Shown here: in pieces, positions 40,554 through 52,150 of the stretch
Layout: each line of letters begins with the position of its first letter
How positions within the stretch are numbered: position 1 is the first letter of the stretch
Assembly (NCBI GenBank): GCA_951406725.2
Contig: OX597820.1
Span: 92,566,001-92,630,000, forward strand
Length of the DNA: 64,000 bases
Direction of reading: 5' to 3'
Source: Octopus vulgaris
Taxonomy: Eukaryota
Notes under the pieces: model-generated
What the model was told of the DNA's origin: nothing
Seen by the model: the letters and a program-made list of their open reading frames with translations, nothing else
The model's database searches: none
Position numbers and translations under genes: made by a program

Positions 40554-42249
40554 ATATTTGGCCGTGCAGAGGTTTCTCCTCCCACCTATCAGCCAATTGC
40601 TCGTGCGCTTTCTTCATTGCCATCATTTTCACCTTCTTTGCAACAATAGTTGCCGTACTTCCCTCGGGTTGTTCAGTTTGGGTATCCTGCACGAGATCAA
40701 TAGCAAATTTTTTGCTTTCCTTTATAATAGAATGAAGCTTCTTTCGTCTCTCGTGATTTTCCACGAGCTTTAGCATCCAGTCATTCGATATTTCGAGATA
40801 TTTGGCCAGTCCAATTGTGGTTGTTTTGTAAGCTAGTTCAAATTGGATCAGGCCTCGACCTCCTTGGGCTCTGGGAAGGTAAAGGCGATCTACGTCTGCC
40901 TTTGGGTGGTGCATCCTATTACAACTCAGTAGCTTGCGTATTTTCCTATCTATATTCTTTATTTCACTCATATTCCAGTTCAACACATTGTAGCTATAAG
41001 TAACAACTGGAACTGCTAAGGAATTTATAGCTAACACCTTGTTACGTGCATTTAGTTCAGATTTCAGGACTGGACGAACTCTCCTATAACATTCCTTCCT
41101 GATCTTCTCTTTCATGCTTGCATGCTGAATACCAGAGCCTTCATTTATCCCTAAATATTTGTATGTTTGTTCTTGCTCAAGCTCTCTTATGACTGTGTCA
41201 ACATCTAACACGACTGAATTTGTGGTCTTCACTTTCCCTTTCTGGAAAGTGGCCTTGGCACACTTCTCAAGTCCAAGCTCCATCCCGATGTCATCGCTGA
41301 ATGCTTTCACGGTGCGCAATAGGCCTTCAAGTTCATTATTGTCTTTACCATAAAGTTTTAAGTCATCCATATAAAATAGATGGCTTATTTTTTTATTGGC
41401 AATTTTATACCCATACCCTGTTCTGTTTAATTCACTTGTAAGGGGTATTAGGGCTATGCAGAATACTAAAGGTGAAAGTGAGTCACCTTGAAAAATTCCA
41501 CAGTTGATGTTTATATTTTCTGAGGCAAGTACTCCATTAGAGTGGTATAATTGGAGATTCGTATTCCACAACGACATATTGTGCTTCAGGAAGTTTGAAA
41601 TCACAGGGGAAATTTTGAAGATGTCCAGCGATCTCAAGATCCATGGATGCGGTATACTGTCGAAGGCCTTTTTATAGTCAATCCATGCGGTGCTGAGATT
41701 TCTGCGCTTGTTGTGACAGTTCTCAAGGATCATACGATTGATTAGCAGTTGATCTTTGCATCCGTAAGAGCCTCGACGGCACCCTTTTTGTTCAATGGGG
41801 AAAATATCGTTCTTCTCCATGAATGCATATGTTTTCTCCGCCAGGATAGATGTTAGGATTTTATACGTGGTGGATAGACAGGTTATAGGCCGATAGTTTT
41901 TTGGAAGGTTGGTTTCGTTATTCTTTGAGAGTAGGTAAGTAATGCCACTTGCTAACCATTCAGGTGTTTTCTTTGGGTCTCTCATAATTCCATTGAGCTG
42001 CTGAACTAGCTTACCGTGTGCGCATGGGAGCGATGCGAGCCAGAAATTCGGCACCTTATCTTTACCGGGGGATTTCCAATTATGGGCCTTCGTGAGTGCC
42101 TTTCTTAGGTCTGCTATTGTGATGTCTTCCCATGCTTGTTGTTGTAAATTTTGGTAGGATCCTTCAGTTTGTATAATCCAGTCTGCATTTATGTTGTACG
42201 TCTTCTTGTCACTCCAAATCCTTTTCCAAAAGTTTTGAACTTCTTCCAT
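40531..42249 (-). CDS. R4 ORF reverse transcriptase part; frameshift near 40562
   Basis: [49 protein letters not shown]. Confidence 0.93.
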   Translation of the reverse strand: MEEVQNFWKRIWSDKKTYNINADWIIQTEGSYQNLQQQAWEDITIADLRKALTKAHNWKSPGKDKVPNFWLASLPCAHGKLVQQLNGIMRDPKKTPEWLASGITYLLSKNNETNLPKNYRPITCLSTTYKILTSILAEKTYAFMEKNDIFPIEQKGCRRGSYGCKDQLLINRMILENCHNKRRNLSTAWIDYKKAFDSIPHPWILRSLDIFKISPVISNFLKHNMSLWNTNLQLYHSNGVLASENININCGIFQGDSLSPLVFCIALIPLTSELNRTGYGYKIANKKISHLFYMDDLKLYGKDNNELEGLLRTVKAFSDDIGMELGLEKCAKATFQKGKVKTTNSVVLDVDTVIRELEQEQTYKYLGINEGSGIQHASMKEKIRKECYRRVRPVLKSELNARNKVLAINSLAVPVVTYSYNVLNWNMSEIKNIDRKIRKLLSCNRMHHPKADVDRLYLPRAQGGRGLIQFELAYKTTTIGLAKYLEISNDWMLKLVENHERRKKLHSIIKESKKFAIDLVQDTQTEQPEGSTATIVAKKVKMMAMKKAHEQLADRWEEKPLHGQICDPQQTS

Positions 42250-43508
42250 GGGAGGGGGTCTTTAACGGTTACTTTCTCCTTCCCTATTTCTCTGTAGAAT
42301 TTTTTGGCATTGGATGTGAACAGCTTATTTTGCTTGTAAAACTTGTTTCTCTTCTCAAATCTTCGTATTCTTTGGGCTTTTGCTTGGACTTTTTGTTTCA
42401 GCGTTTCTTTTATTGATATCAGTTCTTCTCTTGGTGAGGATCCAAATTTTCTCTTCATCTTTCTTCCTGTTCTGGATCTTACATCATTTCCACATATTAA
42501 TTCATTTAATATTGATATTTCCCCTCTCATAAATTCAATCTCTTTTTCAATTTTACTTCTCCAGGTTTGATTTCTTCCCAGGTTTTGTTTTCTTTGTTTT
42601 TTCGGGGGCATACAGCTGGTTTCAATTGCCCTAGCAGAAGCGTAAATAATTTCATTTAACTCAGTAAAATCAGGTTTTAATTCTCGTATTATTTCATTTG
42701 TTACATAGTTGCCAATTTGGATTTGTTTTTTATTTTGGTTTGTATTTGAGAGTTTATGAAGTGGTTCTCTATCATTCATACTTGTATGTCTTACAACTTC
42801 AAGCGTATTCAGGATTTTCTGCCTCATTTCTGCCATAGATTCTCTGTGTTCTTCAGCAAATGCGAGATCTTCAGTTACTGTTGTTTTTTCGTTTTCCTGG
42901 CTATCTTTAACAGGTACAATAGAATTTCTTGTATCTTCAGGCCTTTGCGTACTTTGGTCAGATGGCAGTCTTTCAATTAAGCCTCGTGGCGGGCTATACT
43001 GTTCATCTGATTCTTCATTTCCTTTGTGTCTTATATTTATGTCATTTTCCGTTGCGTGCTTGATCGCGCTTATTTCACTGTCTGTGAGTCTATTATTTCT
43101 AAGGATATCCCTCCTCACATTTGCTAATTTGTTCTCGTCCAAATAGGGCCTACTGTCTTGATTCCGTGTTCTCCATATACTGTAAGAGTTTGCGGTGTGT
43201 CTCTCTTGAGATGGCCTACCTAATGCATAGTAATAAGCGTATATTACTTCTTTATACTCTTCTCGGGTCCATTTGTTCCACTTACATTTTTCTTTCTGTG
43301 GTGGTTGTGGTGGTGAACTTGGAGGGCTCGAGTTGGGGGATTTCCCGTTCAAGTGACCATCCATGTCCGTATTCGGAGAAGAGTTTGTGCCAGTTGATGA
43401 CTTTTCGATCCCAGGCTGGCTCTTCCCTGGGGGACGCGCTTCCAGATTAACCATAGGACAAGTGATTTGGTATACTGATTTAGTTTTCCTTTTAGTTTCC
43501 AAAAACAT
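42189..43508 (-). CDS. R4 ORF N-terminal part (Myb-like KWTREE..VIYAYY; RIRRFEKR..KQNKLF); frameshift near 42255
   Basis: 439-aa ORF with motifs typical of R4/Dong N-termini. Confidence 0.82.
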   Translation of the reverse strand: MFLETKRKTKSVYQITCPMVNLEARPPGKSQPGIEKSSTGTNSSPNTDMDGHLNGKSPNSSPPSSPPQPPQKEKCKWNKWTREEYKEVIYAYYYALGRPSQERHTANSYSIWRTRNQDSRPYLDENKLANVRRDILRNNRLTDSEISAIKHATENDINIRHKGNEESDEQYSPPRGLIERLPSDQSTQRPEDTRNSIVPVKDSQENEKTTVTEDLAFAEEHRESMAEMRQKILNTLEVVRHTSMNDREPLHKLSNTNQNKKQIQIGNYVTNEIIRELKPDFTELNEIIYASARAIETSCMPPKKQRKQNLGRNQTWRSKIEKEIEFMRGEISILNELICGNDVRSRTGRKMKRKFGSSPREELISIKETLKQKVQAKAQRIRRFEKRNKFYKQNKLFTSNAKKFYREIGKEKVTVKDPLPWKKFKTFGKGFGVTRRRTT

Positions 43509-44098
43509 TTTGGTGCTACGATAATGTTATCATTTTTTAGCTTTGATTGGCTCGTGGGGAGACGGCCATCATTGCCGTTACAATTATAATCGTACCATTA
43601 TAGCAGCCGTAGTCGGCTTATTATTGTTATTATCATCACCATTACCATCACTATCATCATTATCACCACCATTACCATCATCATTATCATCATCACCATC
43701 ACCATCACCACCATCATCATCAATGATGTTGTTTTATGTGTAGTCACAGCAGTATCTTATTATTGTTATTTTTGTTTTTTTATCATTATCACCATCACAG
43801 TAGTGTCTGTCTGTCTCGTTGGCTGGCTTGGTGGTTGGCTGGCTGACTGTCTTCAACACCAGAGTTCTTGCCTGTCAAATAATACTTTCTTTGTGTTGGT
43901 TGAACTCTTTGAGTGTGTGTGTGTAAATAGATAGATAGATAGATTATCAGCACTATTACTATTATTATTATCATCATCACCATCATCACCATCACCATCA
44001 GTGATATTTTTTTTTTTTTTTTTTTTTTTAGGTGGGGTCCTATCGGTCAAAAAAAGTTCAGATGTTTACTACTATTAGGCTTAAGAAAAAAAATTAAG

Positions 44099-45000
44099 GA
44101 AGGGCTGTTCTGTATTGTTTGTGAATAGAGAAGTTGTGTTCGACCAGAGAGAATCTTAGCATCATCATTTTTTTTTTTTCCTGTGCGTTTGTGTTATTGC
44201 AATAAAAAGTGTTTGTATATTTCCTGTAAGGTAATATTGTGGAGGTTGAAGTTGACTTTTCTAGAGATGTTTGTATGTCCAGTTAGAAGAACAGGTGTGT
44301 TTTTACAATAAAAAGTATATGTTTACATTTATATTTGAATATTCAGGGAGGAAGCAAAGAAAAGTCAGATTTTCAGAGAAAGTTTTAGGGTTTTGTAAGT
44401 CCACAAAAAGAAAAGCGTGATGTTTTTAGAGAGAAGAAAAAAAAAAAAGGGATGTTTACAGAGGCAATTGTGGGTATCAAAGTTTTTAAAGCTGGTCGAA
44501 TGTATGATTGAATACTGTAGATATGTAAATTTGTAAATTTTCTTAACTTATTTTGAAGGGCTGTTCTGTATTATTTGTGAATAGAGAAGCTGTGTTCGAC
44601 CAGAGAGAATCTTAGCATCATTATTTTTTCCATGTGCGTTTGTGTTATTGCAATAAAAAGTGTTTGTATATTTCGTGCAAGGTAATGTTGTGGAGGTTGA
44701 AGTTGACCCCTCTAGAGATGTTTGTATGTCCAGTTAGAAGAACAGGTGTGTTTTTGCAATAAAGTGTATATGTTTACATTTATATTTGAATATTCTGGGA
44801 GGAAGCAAAGAAAAGTCAGATTTTCATAGAAAGTTTTAGGGTTTTGCAAGTCCACAAAAAGAAAAGCGTGATGTTTTTAGAGAGAAGAAAAAAAAAGGGT
44901 GCTTACAGAGGCAGTTGTGGGTATTAAAGTTTTTAAAGCCGATCGGATGTATGTTTGAAAGCTGCAGATATGTAAATTTGTAAATTTCTTAACCTACTTT
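44099..45000. repeat. Two tandem ~450-bp units
   Basis: gaagggctgttctgtatt starts at 44099 and 44555. The units are colinear with scattered differences. Confidence 0.92.
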
Positions 45001-45170
45001 GAAGAGAATTTCAAATACTCACGAGGTATTGTAGATGTTCCAGTCTTTGAGAGTTATTTTTCCCCGTTGCTAAACTGGCCCATATTAGTGTTTCTATGGC
45101 TTTCAGCCACCGAACTGTCAGAGCAGTGAGGAACACGTCCAGCCGCTGTCAAGGCTGGCGCTCTTCTTCC

Positions 45171-45226
<56 letters not shown>
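45171..45226 (-). repeat. (TAA)n microsatellite (minus strand)
   Basis: Direct reading. Confidence 0.95.
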
Positions 45227-45228
<2 letters not shown>

Positions 45229-45231
45229 ATA

Positions 45232-45585
45232 AAGCAGCACACTAACAGAATCGTTAGCATTCCGGGTGAAATGCTTAGATGTATTTCGTTTGTCGTTACG
45301 TTCTGAGTTCAAATTCCGCCAAGTTCGATTTTGACTTCCATCCTTTCCGGATCGATAAATTATGTAGGAGTGAAACACTGGGGTCGGTGTAATCGAGTAG
45401 TTCCCTCTCTACAAATTTGAGGTTTTGTACCTCAACGCGGCGAGCTGGCAAAATCGTTAGCACGCTGGGCGAAATTCTTAGCGGCATTTCGTCTTTCCTT
45501 ACGCTCTTCGTTCAAATTCCGCCGAGTCGACTTCGCCTTTCATTTTTTCGTGGTCGATAAATGAAATGCAAAAATACCAGTGAAA
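45232..45585 (+). mobile_element. Two adjacent OK-like SINEs
   Basis: Heads at about 45232 and 45437 (gcggcgagctggca.aatcgttagca), each with gttcaaattccgcc. Confidence 0.78.
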
Positions 45586-45589
45586 CTCC

Positions 45590-45960
45590 TTTCGTCTTGA
45601 AACAAAGATGGTCGTTTTTCTTCAAGTGCTGATTTGAATAACTTGTTGAAAGACGAAATCCAAGCTTCTCTGATATTTCCCCAACAGTTACGAATGGATT
45701 TTGGTCCACCAGGATTTGCAGGATGTTCTCGTCGAGCTCTACAGATTTTCCAGGACGAGGCTCGTCTTCTAGTCTGTATTTCCCGGCTCGGATTTTCTGG
45801 AACCACCGTTGACTCTGGCTTACGTTTATTGTCCGATACTCATATACTTCATTAATATTCCTCCCACATTTCTTGCGTTGTTGCCCTTATTGCACACATA
45901 TAGCAAAATATGCCAAATATTTTCCTTTGTCACTTCTATTATAACTTTGAAAATATAACT
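45590..45960 (-). pseudogene. Mariner transposase N-terminal remnant
   Basis: RWFQKIRAG..LEDEPRPG.SVELDE.IL..LVDQNPFVTV.EISEKLG. Confidence 0.75.
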
Positions 45961-46457
45961 GTTAAAAATGAACGGCGTTTTTCAAAACTTGTACTAAGAA
46001 TAAGGACAAGATCAAATTACCACTAGTCTTTATAGTGAGTTGATACAGGTAGTTCAACCCGCCCCACTCCGTATTTTAGTTCATGCAGTTATTTATGCGA
46101 TGACCCAATACGTTCGAAGACACACACATACTCACATGTATATACATAAATATATCGTGAATCGTGAGTGTACAAATAGATGTATGAATGCCACTGGTGT
46201 TAACTTCAGAGACGCAGGAAGATTATCATTGAACAGTAGTCGTACTAGTTAAGAAATACTGTGTTATTGTAGGAAAATTCAAGATAAACTCAAGTTTATA
46301 TTGTTAGATTCTATTAACGGAACATCAGTCAGATTATTTAGAATCTGGCATTGGATGTTCCAAGTGCATTTCGATGCTTTGCCAGATCGGATCTTCAAGG
46401 AACACTTTACAGCATTAAGTTACAGTGAGTAAATAAATAAATAAATAAATGATAAAT

Positions 46458-46656
46458 ATTCTTTATTCTTTTATTCTTTTAACTGCTTCAGTCATTTGAT
46501 CGTGACCATACTGGGGCATCGCCTTTAGTCGAGCTAATGGACCCCAGCACTTATTCTTTGTAAGTCTAGTACTTATTCTATCGGTTCCTTTTACCGAACA
46601 GCTAAGTTGCGCGGACGTAAACACACCAACATCAGTGCGGGTAAACGCACAAACTT

Positions 46657-46722
<66 letters not shown>

Positions 46723-46873
46723 GACGGGCTTCTTTCAGTTTCCGTCAACCAAATCCACTCACATGACTTTGGTCGGCCCGAGGCTACAGTGGAAAACACT
46801 TGCCCAAGGTGCGATGTAGTGGGACTGAACACGAAACCATGTAAGTGAGAAGCAAGCTTCTAACCACAGAGCC
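46458..46873 (-). mobile_element. SINE with internal (TA)n (octopus OR-like family), most complete copy
   Basis: Minus-strand head ggctctgtggttagaagcttgct..ggtttcgtgttcagtccca (tRNA-like boxes) and (AAAGAATA)n tail. Several copies in the window. Confidence 0.8.
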
Positions 46874-46921
46874 AATATTATATTGCACCCACACACGCAC
46901 TCACACACACAGAATATATAA

Positions 46922-46970
<49 letters not shown>

Positions 46971-46974
<4 letters not shown>

Positions 46975-47357
46975 TAAATTTTAGGGTAGCAAAAAATTCT
47001 AGAAAAATTCTCCACTACCAGCGGTCAAGTGAGAAAGAAAAGATAGTCAATAGACTATGTAATATACATTCAAACATATAAAGAATGACCATAATAGGAC
47101 ATCCGACTCACTAGAAAGAGCAGTTAAACTCCAAACCACTAATAGTTGTAATTCTGAAATGGAAAGAGAAATAAAAACTTTTACCCTATTCTTTCTGGAC
47201 TATGCATAGTTTCGGCAATCTTTTGTAAATAAAATTAATTTATTTACGACTGGCGTTGCACTCTTCAGCAGAAAGCCAAGGACTAGCATATAGCAGTTTA
47301 ACTGCTCTTTCTAGTGAGTCGGATGTCCTATTATGGCCATCCATTATATGTTTGTGT
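46971..47357. mobile_element. (TA)n-embedded element with 60-bp inverted arms flanking a hammerhead
   Basis: 47071-47130 resembles the reverse complement of 47295-47354. Confidence 0.78.
47191..47275 (-). ncRNA. Type I hammerhead with extended stem II
   Basis: CTTTCTG-CTGAAGA-GTGCAA..gtaaataaa/tttatttac..TTGCC-GAAA-CTATGCATAG-TC-CAGAAAG: 7-bp stem I, palindromic stem III, GUC site. Confidence 0.85.
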
Positions 47358-47372
47358 ATATAAATATATATA

Positions 47373-47583
47373 CCGGAGTAAACACATAAATGTGAAACAA
47401 GGTGGAAAAAAGAGTACTCAAATACCAGTGGTAGAGTAATATGTTTTATTTAAAACAGCAGAAAATTCAACAAACCTGTTACTTTGAGTTTCGTGTTGCC
47501 GTTCTAGCAAAAACTGTCCGATGAACGGCAACGCGAAACTCAGAGTAACAGGTTTTGCTGAATTTTCTGCTGCTTTAAATAAA

Positions 47584-47584
<1 letters not shown>
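47373..47584. mobile_element. Second, shorter copy of the 11458-11883 element
   Basis: Same ccggagtaaacac.. tail and arms; spacer absent. Confidence 0.88.
47514..47551 (+). ncRNA. Hammerhead motif with core substitution (CCGAUGA)
   Basis: CTGT-CCGATGA-ACGGCAACGC-GAAA-CTCAGAG-TA-ACAG. Confidence 0.6.
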
Positions 47585-47631
<47 letters not shown>

Positions 47632-48526
47632 GATATATGATATATTATAATGTAACGTAATATGTATATATTAGGTGCTATTTCTTGTCAAAGTATACCC
47701 TTTCAAAATTCAAAACCCTATAACTGAATAATTAAAATAGGATATATATGGCATGTATGAATCTTCTTTCAGCGTGTCACTTATAGAAATGAAAGATTTA
47801 TATGAAACAGGATTTGCAATGAGCATTCATTTATATATATATATATATTAGACATGCATTGCATGCCTGAAACGGAATATATGTGTGCGTGCGATGGCGT
47901 GTAACGTAGAACGAAATATAACAATTGAAATATTTTGTTATTAAATCTATGGAAACATGTATATAAGGATTATTTATTCAAAAGGATATTTGAATAAGTT
48001 TATTTCAAACTCCTCGGGGTATTTCTGTGAACTATGAACATTTTGAGTTTTGAAAACTGCATTAATTAAATTGTGCTTCTATTGTTCTAGTCAGCTGAAG
48101 TGAAAGTATATGTCATAGAGATATGAAATTATACAGGAATCGAAGAAAACGGTATATAACAATGGGTGCCATGTCTTTAGAATTCTGTAATAACATTTAA
48201 AAACTACTTTTTATGGTATTTTCGCTTGGACATTCCAATTACAAATCGTGACAATTTACCATTGCTTTCATCGCCTTCTCAGCAAGACATGAAACAACTC
48301 ATCATCGCTCAGTGACAAAACACAACTTCTCACAAGCGTTTCTATTGCTTCAGAAGTGTACCACCATCCCGTAGTTAGTACATTGCATTAGGTAAGTGTG
48401 ATCCTTTGGCGTCAAATATTTTGCTCCTGTATGTCACGCATGAACGATAAAAGAGGAAGTGGTGACCCTATCATGTACTATTTACTTACTCCACTGTCCC
48501 TAATTTTCTAGTTCCCAGTATATTTT

Positions 48527-49165
48527 AAAATAGAAACATTGTTGTTCCTAAATCTCTCAACGAGAAATATTCAGTAGCAGCACGTGAAAGCAATGATTTT
48601 TTGCCAACCTAACGTGTCAGTCCTATTTTGGGGCGAACGCTACTGGCTAAACGACATACGATCTGTGTACTTATATAATCCAATAGGGGAGGATAACACC
48701 CCTACCCAGCACAAAGCTGTATCTGTGGACCATACAGTGTCAGGGTTATTTCCTTTCGTTGGAACAGAATAAATCTTCGGCTGAGCAGATACTGCTAAAC
48801 ACCCGTTACTTTAATGTGCTGCTACTGAATATGTTTCGTTGAGAGATTTATGAACAACGTTTCTGTTTTATTAGATCAGTGACTCTGGGTCACTTAGAAA
48901 ATTATATATATTTTCATACGGGTGTTCAGCAGCCCTATCTCAGCTGAAGTTATTCTGTGCTGATGAAGGGAAATAACGCCGAAAGCGTACGGTCCACAGA
49001 TACTGCTTTGTGCTGGGTGGGGGTGCTAACCTCTCCTCTTCGAAAATATAACGACATAGAATGTGCGTCGTATAGCCAGCTGGAGACGATGTCTCCTGGG
49101 ACTAAACAGCAGTAGCATTCGCCCCAAAATGGGACTGCCACATTAGGTTAGCAAAATATCGTTAC
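48527..49165. mobile_element. Old element with interleaved inverted repeats and a hammerhead
   Basis: 48527-48583 vs 48816-48870, and 48593-48806 vs 48918-49162, are inverted homologs. Confidence 0.78.
48955..48999 (+). ncRNA. Type I hammerhead motif (partly decayed stems)
   Basis: CTGTG-CTGATGA-AGGGAAATAACGCC-GAAA-GCGTACGG-TC-CACAG. The inverted copy 48723-48767 supplies stem II ...CCCT and stem III C...GG. Confidence 0.7.
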
Positions 49166-50267
49166 GTCATAACGTGCGCGCGCGCTGTGTGTGTGTGCTG
49201 TTCACTAAAAAACCTTCGTGCTGCATCAGTTTTGTGAAATTTTATTAGTGAACAGGTCGCGTTTTCAAAGCGAGGAAAATATTTTGACACGAATTAAGTT
49301 TTAATACTGAAGTGAAACTAACAGTATTTGTGTATTCTTGAATGGTTTAAAAACATTTTCCATGCTGAAATTGTTTTGTTTTAGTACATGATCTCAGATT
49401 AAGTCACTTGCTATGCAAGTACATCGCCGTCATTTTTAAAAATTATTGTGGATAAATACCAGCAGTGACCTTCTCACGCTCTCGATTATTATAATTTCTA
49501 AGCAGAAAAAATCGGGGCGGAGAGTTGGGGTCGCAAAAATTCCATAATTCCTCAAATCATCTTTTTTGTAGCATATAAATGTATTTATGGAGAAAAAATA
49601 TTGAAAAACATCAATGCATGCAAAAGTGATAAACAAAACGAGGAAGGCTGTTTTGGATGTGCTAGAAACAACAGCCAAATCGCCTTTAAATCGCTTTTCC
49701 GCCTGAAAATATTAAGCATTTAAATTTTTTTACCGAAAATGCCCTTCCCATGGCTTTGAAGTGCAAAACAAAAAAAGAATTGGACAAAATAGGTCCGAAA
49801 TGGGATGATGAGGGACTGGGTGTAAGAAAAAGAGTTTTCAAAACATTTTCATACAGAGATGCCCACCCACACCAACCCTATCATTTCGAAGACAGTGATT
49901 TTAAAATATGGGGGAAATCCCCGAAAAAATTTCCTCCACAAATTTCGTTATAATTCTAATCTATGCCCTTTGAAAGGGATTTGTAAAAATTTTCATCAAC
50001 CGATACTCATCTTCCTGAAAATTATGAGGGAAAAGGTCAGATCCTGTGAATTTTCTGAAACTCCTCTCTCCACACCCTCACACAATTTCAGACCCATATA
50101 TCCTTATATAATCTTAAGCCACAACATCTAAGCGGTGTTTGTAGAAAATTTTGTTTAAATGTATCCATTTTTCTGATTGTTCGGGGACGTATACATGTGT
50201 AGGAATGCCTTTTTATATATACGATCTTTTCATTTCATGTTTATTTCATTCATTGTTTGCAATCTTC

Positions 50268-50289
50268 ACTCTCTCTCTCTCTATCTCTA

Positions 50290-50328
<39 letters not shown>

Positions 50329-50330
50329 CA

Positions 50331-50420
<90 letters not shown>
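50268..50420. repeat. (CT)n(CA)n microsatellite
   Basis: Direct reading. Confidence 0.95.
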
Positions 50421-50421
<1 letters not shown>

Positions 50422-51914
50422 ACATTATAATGCTAACAGATGGGCTGCTGAATTGGAATGTTGCTTTGAGAGAAAGGTAAAATTTGACAAACAGCTCCTC
50501 TCTCTCTGTTGTTTGACTACCGTGATGTTTGTTTAAAAAAGAGGGATTATGAGTGTGATAAAATAATGAAAGCAATATTTACTAAGCAAGTGAGCATTAT
50601 TATACAAAGAATTAAATATACGTAAAATATAAAAATTATTAGAAATGGAAATCAAATGTGAAAATAATAACAAGGGCCCAGCAGAAAACCGCCTGGAGGG
50701 CGGTCTTTCTGCTAATACCAATAATTCAGTAGCGATTTAAGTCAGTTTTGTAACACATGTACCTAAAATTATCTAGGATAAACTTAAAGAGATCAATGGA
50801 TTTGTCTAAAACATAGGACAAGCGTCATAAAGAAATAATTAATTGCATGACAAGCCCAGCTTACTAACCAATATCTAACTCTGTTAACGTTATTTTACTT
50901 TCTTTAACTTGCTAATACCATTTACCTTGTACAAAATATAAAACTCTTCGTATATGAGTAGAGAGAAAATCCCTTGTACATATTAAAATGAGAACAGAAA
51001 TTTGGAGTAATTATATACCAGAGGATATGCACTAAACTCTTATTTAGTTTATTGTAGGTCTACTTTTTTAATACTATAATATAAAATTTAATCTATTGTA
51101 TCCATATTCGATAAAATAAACACCAACTGTACACAACCATCATATGTTTACGCACTGATTAATAATCATAATTAAATAATCATCATTCTTATGAATTCCA
51201 CATTGTTGCAAGTATATTTCTATTTAAGCGTTAAGTAATTAATGCAAGGTCATTAAAATCTATTTGTAAATAATTATTTCACGAGGGTAAAACGATAGTC
51301 GTCAAGCACTAATATTTTTCTCATTGTTCTACAATTACGGGAGACAAACACAGACATGTTTCGATTTCATTATATCTCTTCCTCCACACGATCCCTCTTT
51401 CGTTATTAATGCTATCTTTTGTGTTATCGAATCATACACACGGTGTTGTTCTTGCCTGCTGCAACAATAAATATTTCAACAGAATTTAAAATGGCTAAAT
51501 TTAGTCTGACCAGATACTTCCTTTTACATTCTGTATCAATGAAAGGGCCCTTATTTATACGTTTGTAAATAGAAAAAAAATGTTAAAAAAAATTTTGAAA
51601 CCAAGCAGCCTTTTGATGATGGCACAACCTGTTAGAAATGACAGCCAAATCTCCATCAAATCATTTTTATCATTATAAGCAACAAATTAGGTATAATGTA
51701 CATCTAGGTGACCTTGAAAAAACGGGGGTTAGAAAAAACGGGATAAGTCTAGTCCATCAAGTGTTACTTAGTGTTGAACAACACCATCACCGTCACATCA
51801 CCATCACCACCAGCAGCAACATTGTTGTCAGGAATAAATTGTATGCATCATATATATATATATATACACACGCACATATATATGTGCATATATATATATA
51901 TATATACATACATA

Positions 51915-52038
51915 TGACGGGCTTCTTACAATATCCGTCTTCCAAATCCACTAACAAGGCTTTTGTCGGCCCGAGGCTATTGTCGAAGACACTTGTCCAA
52001 TATGCCACTCCGTCGCCCATTGGACGAGTTGGACTGAA
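51915..52038 (-). mobile_element. SINE fragment (46458-46873 family)
   Basis: gacgggcttct..ccaaatccact..gtcggcccgaggcta..gaagacacttg.ccaa. Confidence 0.72.
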
Positions 52039-52089
52039 TCAGTCCCCATGCGTCTAGATATATGCATATTTATTTCTCTGTGTGTCTTC

Positions 52090-52150
<61 letters not shown>

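Larger units (their letters stand above)
39649..43617 (-). mobile_element. Near full-length R4/Dong-clade retrotransposon (family C); the 5' end may extend to 45170
   Basis: Three overlapping ORFs form one R4-type protein. 170-bp 3' UTR, then (TAA)n on the minus strand. Confidence 0.92.

Noticed and set aside
42189-42260. Programmed ribosomal frameshift in the R4 element
   Set aside because: R4-clade elements have a single ORF. The break lies in a C homopolymer and is better explained as an indel or a sequencing error.
45085-45140. Type III hammerhead on the minus strand (CTGACAG...GAAACAC)
   Set aside because: The core is not CUGANGA and no stem I can form.
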